29,393 nt of DNA from the NCBI GenBank assembly GCA_044356215.1, contig JBIKWQ010000043.1:1-29393 (forward strand). The letters run 5' to 3'. Under the pieces are notes generated by a model. The model was not told the origin of the DNA, did no database searches, and saw only the letters and a list, made by a program, of their open reading frames with translations. Positions 1 through 8,635 of the stretch are shown here, one piece after another. Positions within the stretch are counted from its first letter, which is position 1, and the number at the start of each line of letters is the position of its first letter. The position numbers were made by a program, and so were the translations under genes. Origin of the DNA: Bdellovibrionota bacterium (lineage in GTDB: Bacteria; Bdellovibrionota_C; UBA2361; OMII01).

Positions 1-135
1 GCTGCTGGGATAATAAGTAAAATATTTTTACCACAGAGGACGCAGAGGACACAGAGAAAACCACATAATTGCCCCAAAATGGCCGTTCTCTGTGTCCTCT
101 GCGTCCTCTGTGGTGATAAAGAACTGCGGCGCCCT
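1..135 (-). mobile_element. MITE-like nested palindromic element, copy 1 (truncated by window start, reverse orientation)
   Basis: Perfect 29-bp inverted repeat ACCACAGAGGACGCAGAGGACACAGAGAA (30-58 / 86-114). End sequence ACTGCGGCGCCCT at 123-135. Colinear with the reverse complement of 6312-6472. Confidence 0.8.
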
Positions 136-151
136 GAATTAGTAACAGCGC

Positions 152-181
152 AAAAAAAAGCGCCCCATTAAGGGGCGCTTT
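152..181 (-). terminator. Rho-independent terminator of the outer-membrane protein gene
   Basis: Stem AAAGCGCCCC (157-166) / GGGGCGCTTT (172-181), 5-nt loop, U-tract on the minus strand, about 27 nt after the stop. Confidence 0.85.
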
Positions 182-208
182 AAAGTAACTCGCTATTTAA
201 AGCGATAA

Positions 209-799
209 TTACATAGCCAAGCGAACGCCCACTAGGAGCGCAACGTTTGTCTCAGCATCAACGCTAACACCGCCCTTGAGAGCTACGTTCTCAGCGACAG
301 TCTTCAACAGAGCACCGCTATAAGTCCAGTGGCCACCCTGTGGGTTGTAGATACCGTTAACGTTGTCATAGAGAGCGTCAAGATTTCCCTCTAATGTGTC
401 TGTTAAGAGGTAACGGAGTCCAACGCCTGTGTAAACTCCATTATCACTTGAATCACCACGAGAATCATCGATGTTGATGTGCGTACCACCAACACGACCA
501 ACTAGGTTCACACCATTGCAGAACTCGTACCAGCCAGCAGCTCCGTAACGGAAGAACGACTGATTTATGTTCGAGTTGTCAAACCCAGAGTTAGCGTAGT
601 TATAACCGCCCTCTAGAGCGAAGTTGTCAAGAACTCCGTATGAAAGCTTAACATCCGCGCCGTTTGAATCATTAAGATCCGAATCGATGTGAGTCCACTG
701 ATAGGCTACATCGGCGTAGGTATACTTCATCAATGGGTCAGCTGACGCAGTCTGCGCGCCACAAGCGAACAACAGGGCGGCAAGAAGTACTTTCTTCAT
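209..799 (-). CDS. Outer-membrane beta-barrel protein (OMP_b-brl / Ax21-like)
   Basis: Start moved to ATG 799 (MKKVLLAALLFACGAQTASA signal peptide, GGAGA RBS). Alternating aromatic/Gly beta-strand pattern (YTYADVAY, GVYTGVGLRY). Confidence 0.8.
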   Translation of the reverse strand: MKKVLLAALLFACGAQTASADPLMKYTYADVAYQWTHIDSDLNDSNGADVKLSYGVLDNFALEGGYNYANSGFDNSNINQSFFRYGAAGWYEFCNGVNLVGRVGGTHINIDDSRGDSSDNGVYTGVGLRYLLTDTLEGNLDALYDNVNGIYNPQGGHWTYSGALLKTVAENVALKGGVSVDAETNVALLVGVRLAM

Positions 800-877
800 A
801 TATTTCTCCGATAAACACTTTTTAAACAGGGCCGACGGCCCGGGCCAAGCTAAGTAGCTAGGCCGCCTGAGTGAACA

Positions 878-899
878 TCCTGAAAACAAGTTTTCAGGA
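878..899. promoter_or_regulatory. Perfect palindrome upstream of the OMP gene
   Basis: TCCTGAAAAC-AA-GTTTTCAGGA, 10-bp arms. Confidence 0.45.
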
Positions 900-963
900 C
901 AACTGTTTCACCAAGCAATGGGGATGCTAGCACCTAGTAATGAGCTTAGGTAGAGGTTCTTTT

Positions 964-2067
964 TTAGGTTAGAATGCAGTATTGACATGCTGGATAAGGC
1001 GTGTCCACCCCAAATCCAAAAACAGTCTCATGCTCATACACCTCACCAGGACGTAGGACACAGCTAGGAAAGTTTGGCTGATTGATAGAATCAGGGAAAT
1101 ACTGGGTCTCAATACAGAATCCTGAATGCTTTTGATAAACCGCCCCGTTTTTGCCCCGTTGGTCGCGCAGGTGGTTGCCGGTGTAAAACTGCGCGCCGGG
1201 CTTAGTGCTGGTCACAGTTAGCGTTCTCCCAGATTTAGCTTCGCTGATATGCGCTACTGGCCTGAGCTCTCCAGGATCGCCATCGATTATGTAGTTATGA
1301 TCGTATCCGATCCCTACACTAGCGATCCGCGCGCCGATCGTTATCGGATTTAAGAAATCAAAAGGAGAGTTAGCTACCTCCGCTATCTCGCCTGTTGGAA
1401 TCTGGGTTTCATCGACAGGGAGATATGAATGAGCGAACAGCTTAAGAGAGTGATCGAGTACCGAGCCGCTTGAGTGGCCAGCTAAATTAAAATACGAATG
1501 GTTAGTTAGATTAAGCGGAGTTGGCTTGTTAGTTGTCGCGCGGTAAGTAATCCTTAATTGATTGGCGTACCCAACAGAGTAGGTCACTTGAGCTTTAACT
1601 TCTCCCGGATACCCCTCGTCACCATCAGGGCTAGTCATATCCAAAACCAAATTAACTCTATCGTTGTGTTGCTCAGCTCGGGCGCTCCACACCTTCCTGT
1701 CGAAACCATTAAGCCCACCGTGAAGGTGATTGACTCCGTTGTTAACCGCTAAGGTGTAAGTTTCACCGTCTAGCGTAAAGATCCCCTTAGCGATCCTATT
1801 GGCGAACCTTCCGGTGATAGTGCCAAAGAAGGGGTGTCGTGCCTCGTATTGTTCAAGGGAGTCATAGCCCAGAACAAGATCGTCGCTGACGCCGTTTTTA
1901 TCTGGAGCTTTAATCGTTTGGATTATTCCTCCCCAGGTGAGGATCTCAACTGAGAAGCCGTTGTCATTAGCGAGGGTATATAGATCGATCTCCTCGCCGG
2001 TTGAGAGCTTTCCAAAAGAGGATTTTGAGATCGTTGGTGAGGTATGAGATGAGGTTGGTTTTGTCAT
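964..2067 (-). CDS. galM: Aldose 1-epimerase (galactose mutarotase)
   Basis: GRFANRI, HLHGG, NLTNHSYFNL, GYDHNY, QFYTGN and FCIETQYFPDS motifs. Confidence 0.95.
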   Translation of the reverse strand: MTKPTSSHTSPTISKSSFGKLSTGEEIDLYTLANDNGFSVEILTWGGIIQTIKAPDKNGVSDDLVLGYDSLEQYEARHPFFGTITGRFANRIAKGIFTLDGETYTLAVNNGVNHLHGGLNGFDRKVWSARAEQHNDRVNLVLDMTSPDGDEGYPGEVKAQVTYSVGYANQLRITYRATTNKPTPLNLTNHSYFNLAGHSSGSVLDHSLKLFAHSYLPVDETQIPTGEIAEVANSPFDFLNPITIGARIASVGIGYDHNYIIDGDPGELRPVAHISEAKSGRTLTVTSTKPGAQFYTGNHLRDQRGKNGAVYQKHSGFCIETQYFPDSINQPNFPSCVLRPGEVYEHETVFGFGVDTPYPACQYCILT

Positions 2068-3254
2068 AGGCTCCTTATAAGATCTCTAAGTTCGGAAAAA
2101 GGGAGGACTTCAACGGCGCCTAGTTTGTAGCGTCTCGGCGATTGGCATACGCAGAAATGAGGCACTTTTGGGTAGTCTTGCGCGAAACGTTTTAGATTGG
2201 TGACGTGTTTCTCTTCGGGGGCTGTAGAAGATTTTATCTCGATCGCCGCCAGTGGGCGTCCCGCTCCGCGTGAAACGATAAGATCTACCTCAGCATGACT
2301 ATTCGTTCTCCAGTGAGAGAACTTAAGATCGAGAGTCTCGTAGTCGTTAATTCGAAAGCACTCCTGAATTACACGGGCTTCGAACATCTTTCCGAAACGA
2401 GACGAGCTCTCAACCGTGTCTATCCCCAACTCTCCGCGTAGCGCAGAGGCCACACCATTATCAAAAAGAATGAGTTTCGGAGAGGTACGTAGCTGTTTTG
2501 TCCGGGACGCGTGCCATCCCGGTAATCTCCAAGCTAGCAAAGTATCCTCTAGGATATCGATGTACTCAGAGACTGTTTGAGAGCTAACCCCAGCGTATGC
2601 CGCAATAGTTGATGCGTTAATAATCTCCCCGTGGTACTGGCCCGCGACCTCTAAAAACTTCGCGAAAGCATCAACTTTTCTCACGAGAGCTTCCTGTTGA
2701 ATCTCTTCCTTGAGATACGTTGCTACATAGGACCGAAGGGAATCTTGCGGTCTTTCATTATCTATGATGATCCCTGGTAGACTGCCAATTTGGGCGTTTT
2801 CGGATGTGCTTTGGGGAAACTCTGACTGAAGTAAAGGATGTAATCGCAGAGTGATTGCTCTTCCGGCTAGAAGATTGGAGCCTAGGCGGCGTAGCTTCCG
2901 CGCGCTTGAACCCGATAGAAGGAAACGAACTCGACCTTGAAATCGTTCGTAGAGAGAATGGACCTCATCGAGTATAGCAGGGACTTTCTGAACTTCATCG
3001 ACAAAGACAAGGGCCGATTTAGCCTTTTGGAGATGACTTTCAACCTCACCTCGAAATAACTCAGGCCTCTTAAGGAACCGTTGATAAGTATCGTTCTGTA
3101 GAAGATCGTAGCGGAGGACATTCTCTCCAGAAGCTTCAAGTTTGTTGAGATATGCGGAGCAGAGCCGCGTTTTACCGACTCCGCGAGCTCCAAAGAGCAA
3201 AGCGGAAGTTTTTTTACCTAGAGATTTAGACAGTTTAAGAGATCTTAAAACCAT
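2064..3254 (-). CDS. AAA+ ATPase (AAA_14) with DUF4143 / PD-(D/E)XK C-terminus
   Basis: Walker A GARGVGKT, Walker B VFVDEVQ, SGSS..LAGRA, C-terminal EVDL...AIEIKS. Start placed at ATG 3254 (MVLR). Stop overlaps the galM start (ATGA). Confidence 0.9.
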   Translation of the reverse strand: MVLRSLKLSKSLGKKTSALLFGARGVGKTRLCSAYLNKLEASGENVLRYDLLQNDTYQRFLKRPELFRGEVESHLQKAKSALVFVDEVQKVPAILDEVHSLYERFQGRVRFLLSGSSARKLRRLGSNLLAGRAITLRLHPLLQSEFPQSTSENAQIGSLPGIIIDNERPQDSLRSYVATYLKEEIQQEALVRKVDAFAKFLEVAGQYHGEIINASTIAAYAGVSSQTVSEYIDILEDTLLAWRLPGWHASRTKQLRTSPKLILFDNGVASALRGELGIDTVESSSRFGKMFEARVIQECFRINDYETLDLKFSHWRTNSHAEVDLIVSRGAGRPLAAIEIKSSTAPEEKHVTNLKRFAQDYPKVPHFCVCQSPRRYKLGAVEVLPFSELRDLIRSL

Positions 3255-3285
3255 ACTTGAAAAATGTAATACGTTTTCCAAGTAT
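3253..3285. promoter_or_regulatory. Palindromic operator-like site overlapping the AAA_14 start codon
   Basis: ATACTTGAAAAA (3253-3264) N9 TTTTCCAAGTAT (3274-3285), 11/12 symmetric. Confidence 0.55.
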
Positions 3286-3398
3286 AGTAAAGAAATTTTT
3301 GTAAGTGTCTTTTATACAACTAAAGACTGAGCAGCTCATGAGTTTGATGCTCTGGAGTTTCTGGCCCCGCTCTCTGTGCATATCCCAAAAACCTACTT

Positions 3399-4850
3399 TT
3401 ATGGTTTCGACCTAGTCAGCATCTTTTGCACTACTTCTGGACGATACTTATTAAGAAGTAGAGACCACAAAATTGAAATACCTAAGCAACACCCGATTAA
3501 GGCTGGAGCTGTTGATACTAGCCCCTCCTTGGATGAGCAATCTCTGATCGTAAAGAAAATGATGTATCCAAAGATAATCGCGTCAATGAGCGACAAAACG
3601 AGAATGAAAAATCGTTCCTTCGATGAAGCGCCCAGAACTCTGTAATTTGTCAGTCCAGCTAATGCGACAAGGAGATATAAAAACACAGCAATAGTGCCGA
3701 ATGTAGTGGCTGAATATTCAAATGCCAACTTAGGGTCATTAATGCAGGCTAGCGCTAGTCCCATAACAACGGTGAGGAGATAACAAGCACTATTCCCACC
3801 GCGAGGAACCCCTGTGGTCGAGCAGGTTCGGGCGATTGATTGTGGCAAAACGCCGAAGCGCGCGAAGGCAAATAGATTTCGGGAGCCAGCTCCGAAGGAT
3901 GCCAACCCAGACGAAATCGTACTTATTAAGAGAACCAAAAAGAGAAAAAGTCGTCCAAAGTCACCAAATACAGACGGAGCCACCTTGTCAAAAAAAGGGC
4001 TTGGTAAGGCCGCTAAATCGGAAAGTGAAATGTCCGAAAGCGGTCCGCCTTTGTAGCACGCAGCCACAAGAGCAAAATAGCTCAAGAGAAACATACCCCC
4101 TGTGAGGACAGTAGAGAGCCAGACTGCCTTCACATACGATGACGCAGCGTTCTTAGTTTCCTCCGAAAAAGGTATGCCGGATTCAAATCCTACGAACATC
4201 AAGACGCCAAACAACGCCGCGGTTCCAAACGCACTAAAAGAGAAGTTCGCTGGATGAATCATGCTGTCAAGCATCTCTACACTGAGAGTGCTCTTGCTGA
4301 GCAGAGCTATGCCCATCGCGACAAATAAAAGCACCTCTCCGATACCAAAGGTAAAGAGCACCTTTGAGATGATGTGAACTTTCCTGCCAGAAAGTAAAAA
4401 AACTATCAGGCTCAATAGCTGTGAGAGCGCGACGACCTCCCAGAAGCTCAGAGTTCGCCCTAACCAAGCCTGAAAACCAAAGCCGATAAAACCAAAGATC
4501 GTGATTGACGTGATAAGTGGCTCGTAGAAAAAATCCAACAACCCTGCCGCAGTTCCCGCACACGGTCCGAAGGCCGGCGGGAGAATTGAAAAGTAACCCC
4601 CAGCTCCAGACCAACGCGCCTGTAACTTAGAATGCAAATATACTGAGGGAAATACACCAAGGCATGACATGACTATCGCCAAGCAAGCGGCCGTGTTTGC
4701 ACCGTTCAAAATAATTGCCGCTGTAAAGATAACCGCTACAGCAGGAGCAATATGCGCTACTGACTGAGCCATCTGCCCAAGGACGGCTATCGCATCCTTG
4801 GCCAGCGAATTGTTGCCATGTGGTGGGTTCATATCGTGGAACAGTCGCAC
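3399..4850 (-). CDS. APC-family amino acid permease
   Basis: About 12 hydrophobic segments, IAPA in TM1, AGGYF, FVGFESG..FSEE, SRNLFAFAR.G.LP. Alternative start at ATG 4832. Confidence 0.85.
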   Translation of the reverse strand: MRLFHDMNPPHGNNSLAKDAIAVLGQMAQSVAHIAPAVAVIFTAAIILNGANTAACLAIVMSCLGVFPSVYLHSKLQARWSGAGGYFSILPPAFGPCAGTAAGLLDFFYEPLITSITIFGFIGFGFQAWLGRTLSFWEVVALSQLLSLIVFLLSGRKVHIISKVLFTFGIGEVLLFVAMGIALLSKSTLSVEMLDSMIHPANFSFSAFGTAALFGVLMFVGFESGIPFSEETKNAASSYVKAVWLSTVLTGGMFLLSYFALVAACYKGGPLSDISLSDLAALPSPFFDKVAPSVFGDFGRLFLFLVLLISTISSGLASFGAGSRNLFAFARFGVLPQSIARTCSTTGVPRGGNSACYLLTVVMGLALACINDPKLAFEYSATTFGTIAVFLYLLVALAGLTNYRVLGASSKERFFILVLSLIDAIIFGYIIFFTIRDCSSKEGLVSTAPALIGCCLGISILWSLLLNKYRPEVVQKMLTRSKP

Positions 4851-5003
4851 AGTTGAAGAGGTTGTAACAGCGAAATTCGCATTTTGGGTCTAAGGAGAGT
4901 GCCCTGAGAAGAGCTAAGTTGAGAGAGGAGGCATCGTGCATCCAGACCTCCGATTATCCTCTCGGGATAATCCTAAAAAGGGCAGTGTATTATCCCTTGA
5001 TAC

Positions 5004-5032
5004 ACTTCGAATTATCGATTGAAATTCGAAGT
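5004..5032. promoter_or_regulatory. Palindromic operator-like site in front of an AAA_14 remnant
   Basis: Perfect ACTTCGAATT-N9-AATTCGAAGT. TTGATA lies just upstream (4997-5002). Confidence 0.5.
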
Positions 5033-5116
5033 CTACTGAGCCGTCTATGTAAACCGTTAATATCTAATAGCTTTTTATTGTTTGGTGCCCGCGGTACAGG
5101 GAAAAGTACGATTGTA
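5033..5116 (+). pseudogene. N-terminal remnant of an AAA_14/DUF4143 ATPase
   Basis: Translates (L)LSRLCKPLISNSFLLFGARGTGKSTIV, matching SALLFGARGVGKT of 2064-3254. The position equivalent to the start codon is CTA. The frame stops at 5170. Confidence 0.75.
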
Positions 5117-5217
5117 AGCCCGCTGCTCCACTCGAAATGGTACTTGACCCCGCAGCCTCGGGATAAGTAAAAATAATCAGCCAAATTCTTCCTCATTAAA
5201 AGTATCATAACTCCCCC

Positions 5218-6309
5218 ATGAAACCACTTCTTACTTCCTTACTTCTCCTCGCGACGAGTCTCTCAGCTCTAGCGGTAGCCCAAGAGCAGCCATCCACAGC
5301 TCCTAATATCAAGATCGGCGCGGTTCTTCCTTTAAGTGGTGCCGCGAGTAATTTCGGCACACTCGCCAGACGCGGAATTGAGCTCGCTGTGGAGGATTTA
5401 TCTCCAGCGGATCGCGCCAGGACCTCGGTTGTCTTTGAAGACGATGGATTATCAAATGCCCGCTCGGCGACCGTGGCGAACAAGTTGCTGAATGTTGATA
5501 AGGTCGACCTCTTACTCACTTGGTCCTCGGGTACTGGGATGACGGTGGCCGGTATCTCTGAGGCGAAGAAGGTTCCGCACCTCTCAATCGCCACCGATCC
5601 AGCGATCGGAAAAGGTAAGCGATATTCATTCACCTATTGGCCGATCGCCGAGGATGAGGCTAAGCGGCTCTACGATCACTTAGTCAAAGTTGGTGTGACC
5701 AAGGTCGCACTTATATATCAGATTCATAATGGGATCCTGGCGATTACCGATGCCTTTCGAGAATATGCCGCGCGCGAGGGAATTGTGAAGATAGCTGCGC
5801 TTGAGGAGGTGTCAGGAGACACAACTGATTTTAAGGGGGTGCTACAGAGGTTAAAGGCGAAAGGAGAGATACAGGGGCTGATACCAGTGTTCTTTCCAGG
5901 GCAACTCTCAGTGGTGCTAAAGCAGGCCCGGGGAGTAGGTATAAACGCGCCGTTTTTCGGGTTCGAGACCTTTGAGGATAAAGATGAGATAAAGGCAGCG
6001 GGTGGTCTTTTAAGCGGAGCTGTGTATGCAACAGGTGGGGATCCGCAGGCGGATTTTATCAAGCGTTATTTAGATAAGTATCCAGGAGAGTCTTACTACA
6101 CAGTCAATCAAGCCTACGACATTGTCAAACTCTTTGTAGCCGCGACCAAGGAGCATAAAGACCCAGAATCAGTGGTAAGCTTTCTTAAATCCGTGAAGGA
6201 CCTCGCAACATCATCAGGTTCGGTGAGTTATGTTGATGGAAATAGGTTTAGGCTGCCGACGGCTTTAAAGAGAATTAATGGAGCAGGGGAGGCGGAGGCT
6301 GTCGATTGA
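5218..6309 (+). CDS. ABC transporter substrate-binding protein (LivJ/branched-chain, periplasmic type I)
   Basis: Signal peptide, IKIGAVLPLSG.A..G...RRGIELA, VFEDD, TDFKGVL, AYDIV. No permease genes nearby. Confidence 0.9.
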   Translation: MKPLLTSLLLLATSLSALAVAQEQPSTAPNIKIGAVLPLSGAASNFGTLARRGIELAVEDLSPADRARTSVVFEDDGLSNARSATVANKLLNVDKVDLLLTWSSGTGMTVAGISEAKKVPHLSIATDPAIGKGKRYSFTYWPIAEDEAKRLYDHLVKVGVTKVALIYQIHNGILAITDAFREYAAREGIVKIAALEEVSGDTTDFKGVLQRLKAKGEIQGLIPVFFPGQLSVVLKQARGVGINAPFFGFETFEDKDEIKAAGGLLSGAVYATGGDPQADFIKRYLDKYPGESYYTVNQAYDIVKLFVAATKEHKDPESVVSFLKSVKDLATSSGSVSYVDGNRFRLPTALKRINGAGEAEAVD

Positions 6310-6311
6310 TC

Positions 6312-6472
6312 AGGGCGTCGTAGTTCTTTATCACCACAGAGGACGCAGAGGACGCAGAGAACGACAATTTTATTGGCCCTTATGGGTTTTTCTCTGTGTC
6401 CTCTGCGTCCTCTGTGGTAAAAAATATTTGGCTTATTATTCCATCAGCTTACTAAAAACACTGCGACGCCCT
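6312..6472 (+). mobile_element. MITE-like nested palindromic element, copy 2 (complete)
   Basis: Outer TIR AGGGCGTCGTAGT / ACTGCGACGCCCT (12/13). Inner arms 6333-6361 / 6390-6418 (28/29). Confidence 0.85.
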
Positions 6473-6557
6473 AAATTGTCCCTCTCCGGCTTGATTTGAG
6501 CGGTCGAAAAATCGACAATGAACGAGGGCGCTTGGCATCTACCTGATTTTTAGGTCT

Positions 6558-7940
6558 ATGACAGAAAACAACTCCAAAACTGGTGAAACAGCAGAGCCGA
6601 AAAAACAGGGTGTGTACATCCGCACATTCGGTTGCCAGATGAATGAGCACGACACTCAGAAGCTCTACAAGATCTTAGAGAAGGATTACCAGCCGGTTGA
6701 TGCTCCGGAGAAAGCTGACCTGGTACTTATCAATACTTGCAGCATCCGCGAAAAAGCCGAGCAGAAGCTCTACAGCGTTCTCGGTGAGATGAAAGGAATC
6801 AAGAGAACGCGCCCCGAGATGATGGTCGGTGTGTGCGGTTGTGTGGCGCAGCAAGAGGGACAGGAGATATTAAAGTACGGACGCGGGGTGGACTTTGTGT
6901 TTGGCACTCACAACCTCTCTTTGGTACCTTCGTTGATCCAGTTGAGAAAAAATGGGGCGCCACCACAAGTCGCTGTGGACTATCGCGAGGAGTGGGAAGA
7001 CCTGCCTTTAGGGTTCGCCGAGAATGATCCAACCAGAAACGGCCAGCGACAACACGTAACAGCTTTTATCTCTATTAGTCGTGGATGTAACAAGAACTGT
7101 TCATATTGCATCGTTCCGACAACACGCGGCCCGGAAGTTTCGCGCGCCGTCGATGAGATTGAGCGTGAGGTTCGCATCGCGGCGCACCGTGGTACGCGTG
7201 AGATAATGTTACTGGGTCAAACTGTAAATTCTTATGGGCGTGATTTAAACCCACGGATAACTTTCGTTGAGTTAATAGATCGCTTATCGCTGATTGATGG
7301 GATTCAACGGATCCGCTTTATATCTCCACATCCACAAGAGGTCCGTCAGGATTTTATAGATTGTGTCGTAACAAATCCGAAGGTATGTCGGCATATTCAT
7401 ATGCCTCTACAATCGGGGAGCGATACGATCCTAAAGGCGATGAATCGCAATTATCGCCGCGATAGGTATCTCTCGATTATCGACGCGCTTAAATCTCGTG
7501 TGCCTGATATGGCGATAACAACCGACATAATAGTTGGGTTCCCAGGAGAGACCTCTAAGGATTTTGAAGAGACTCTTGAGGTGATGGATCTAGTTCAATT
7601 CGACAACAGTTATTCGTATGCATTTTCTCCAAGGCCTGGGACGATCGCCGCTGGTATGGCGGAGACGGTCACGCATGAGGAGAAGCTTGAGCGCTTGGCG
7701 ATCCTGCAGGCGAAGCAGGAGGAGATCATGGCTAAGCGGCTAGACCTGTGGGTTGGTCGTGAGGTCGAGGTATTGGTGGACAACAGAAATCTTCACCGCG
7801 AGGATTGTTTCCAGGGACGGATCTCGCAGGGGATTATGTTGAATTTCGATAATACTTATCCTGATATTAAGCTAGGCTCTCTGGTTAAGACCCGTGTTAC
7901 TGGTAGAAAGAGATTTACTTTGGTGGGTGAGCCAGTTTAG
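6558..7940 (+). CDS. miaB: tRNA-2-methylthio-N6-dimethylallyladenosine synthase
   Basis: TFGCQMN, NTCSIRE, GCVAQ, radical-SAM CNKNCSYC, DIIVGFPGET, C-terminal TRAM-like region. Confidence 0.95.
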   Translation: MTENNSKTGETAEPKKQGVYIRTFGCQMNEHDTQKLYKILEKDYQPVDAPEKADLVLINTCSIREKAEQKLYSVLGEMKGIKRTRPEMMVGVCGCVAQQEGQEILKYGRGVDFVFGTHNLSLVPSLIQLRKNGAPPQVAVDYREEWEDLPLGFAENDPTRNGQRQHVTAFISISRGCNKNCSYCIVPTTRGPEVSRAVDEIEREVRIAAHRGTREIMLLGQTVNSYGRDLNPRITFVELIDRLSLIDGIQRIRFISPHPQEVRQDFIDCVVTNPKVCRHIHMPLQSGSDTILKAMNRNYRRDRYLSIIDALKSRVPDMAITTDIIVGFPGETSKDFEETLEVMDLVQFDNSYSYAFSPRPGTIAAGMAETVTHEEKLERLAILQAKQEEIMAKRLDLWVGREVEVLVDNRNLHREDCFQGRISQGIMLNFDNTYPDIKLGSLVKTRVTGRKRFTLVGEPV

Positions 7941-7984
7941 CGTTTTGTGTAGTGGCAAAGTTAATGTAGCGAGTGCGTAGAGAT

Positions 7985-8431
7985 ATGACTCAGTGGATGC
8001 ATTTTGCGGTATGGGCGGTCGCTGGACTCGCTGCTTACAAAACATTAATTAAGTACATCAGCGGTGTGGCGGCTCCCGTCTTAATTATGACGATTGTCAG
8101 TTTCTTTTACTTCCTTTCATGGCTGACAGTGCTGCTAACTCTGCATCTTGATAGGGTGGCGTTCCAGAAAGTTGCCTTTGATACCCGTAATTTAGTTCTG
8201 GTTCTGGGATTGGCAGTAGCGTTTTTTGTATCGGATTATTTCTTGCTTAGGTCTTATTTAGCTGGCGCTAAGCTATCTGTAATGACGGTCCTGATGGGAC
8301 TTTCGATGGTTGTGGTCGTACTATTAGGATTTATCCTGTTCCGCGAAAAATTGACGATCCTTCAAGTTCTTGGCGCTGCGCTCGGAGTGGTATCTTTCGC
8401 GCTCCTGTCACTGAGCGAGAAGGCCTCTTAA
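7985..8431 (+). CDS. EamA/DMT-family half transporter
   Basis: Five hydrophobic helices ending LGFILFREKLT..Q.LGA.LG. Start is ATG 7985 or GTG 7973. Confidence 0.8.
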   Translation: MTQWMHFAVWAVAGLAAYKTLIKYISGVAAPVLIMTIVSFFYFLSWLTVLLTLHLDRVAFQKVAFDTRNLVLVLGLAVAFFVSDYFLLRSYLAGAKLSVMTVLMGLSMVVVVLLGFILFREKLTILQVLGAALGVVSFALLSLSEKAS

Positions 8432-8548
8432 TCACTTGCTGCTATCTATACGGGGTGAATAAGATCCGGAATTGGCTCCTAGTCAATATTCAGGAGTTCT
8501 GTGCAGGAATCATGCTTCGCTGTTGGGTCTAGTTTTTGCCGCGATATA

Positions 8549-8575
8549 TATTTTTTAACACAGAGGACGCGGAGG
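8549..8575 (-). repeat. Fragment of the MITE-like family (single partial arm)
   Basis: TATTTTTTAACACAGAGGACGCGGAGG matches the reverse complement of the copy-4 right arm and flank (about 15317-15342). Confidence 0.6.
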
Positions 8576-8635
8576 GAAGGGGGAGTGTTAGGAAAAATAA
8601 ATAAGAAGAGTTCTCTCTGTTGCTCGACGTATTAT

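Noticed and set aside
4851..4990. Amino-acid riboswitch upstream of the APC permease
   Set aside because: No recognisable lysine, glycine, SAM or T-box consensus.
5205..6062. Minus-strand ORFs 5205-5633 and 5724-6062, and similar antisense ORFs over galM, miaB, asd and the NTase
   Set aside because: They overlap well-supported genes on the opposite strand.
6278..6499. Short ORFs over the repeats (6278-6499, 8501-8695, 13471-13659, 15297-15608; HRGRRG / LCVLC / TEDAEDTE / SVSSASSV peptides)
   Set aside because: They are translations of the 9-bp-periodic repeat, lack an RBS, and are not consistent between copies.
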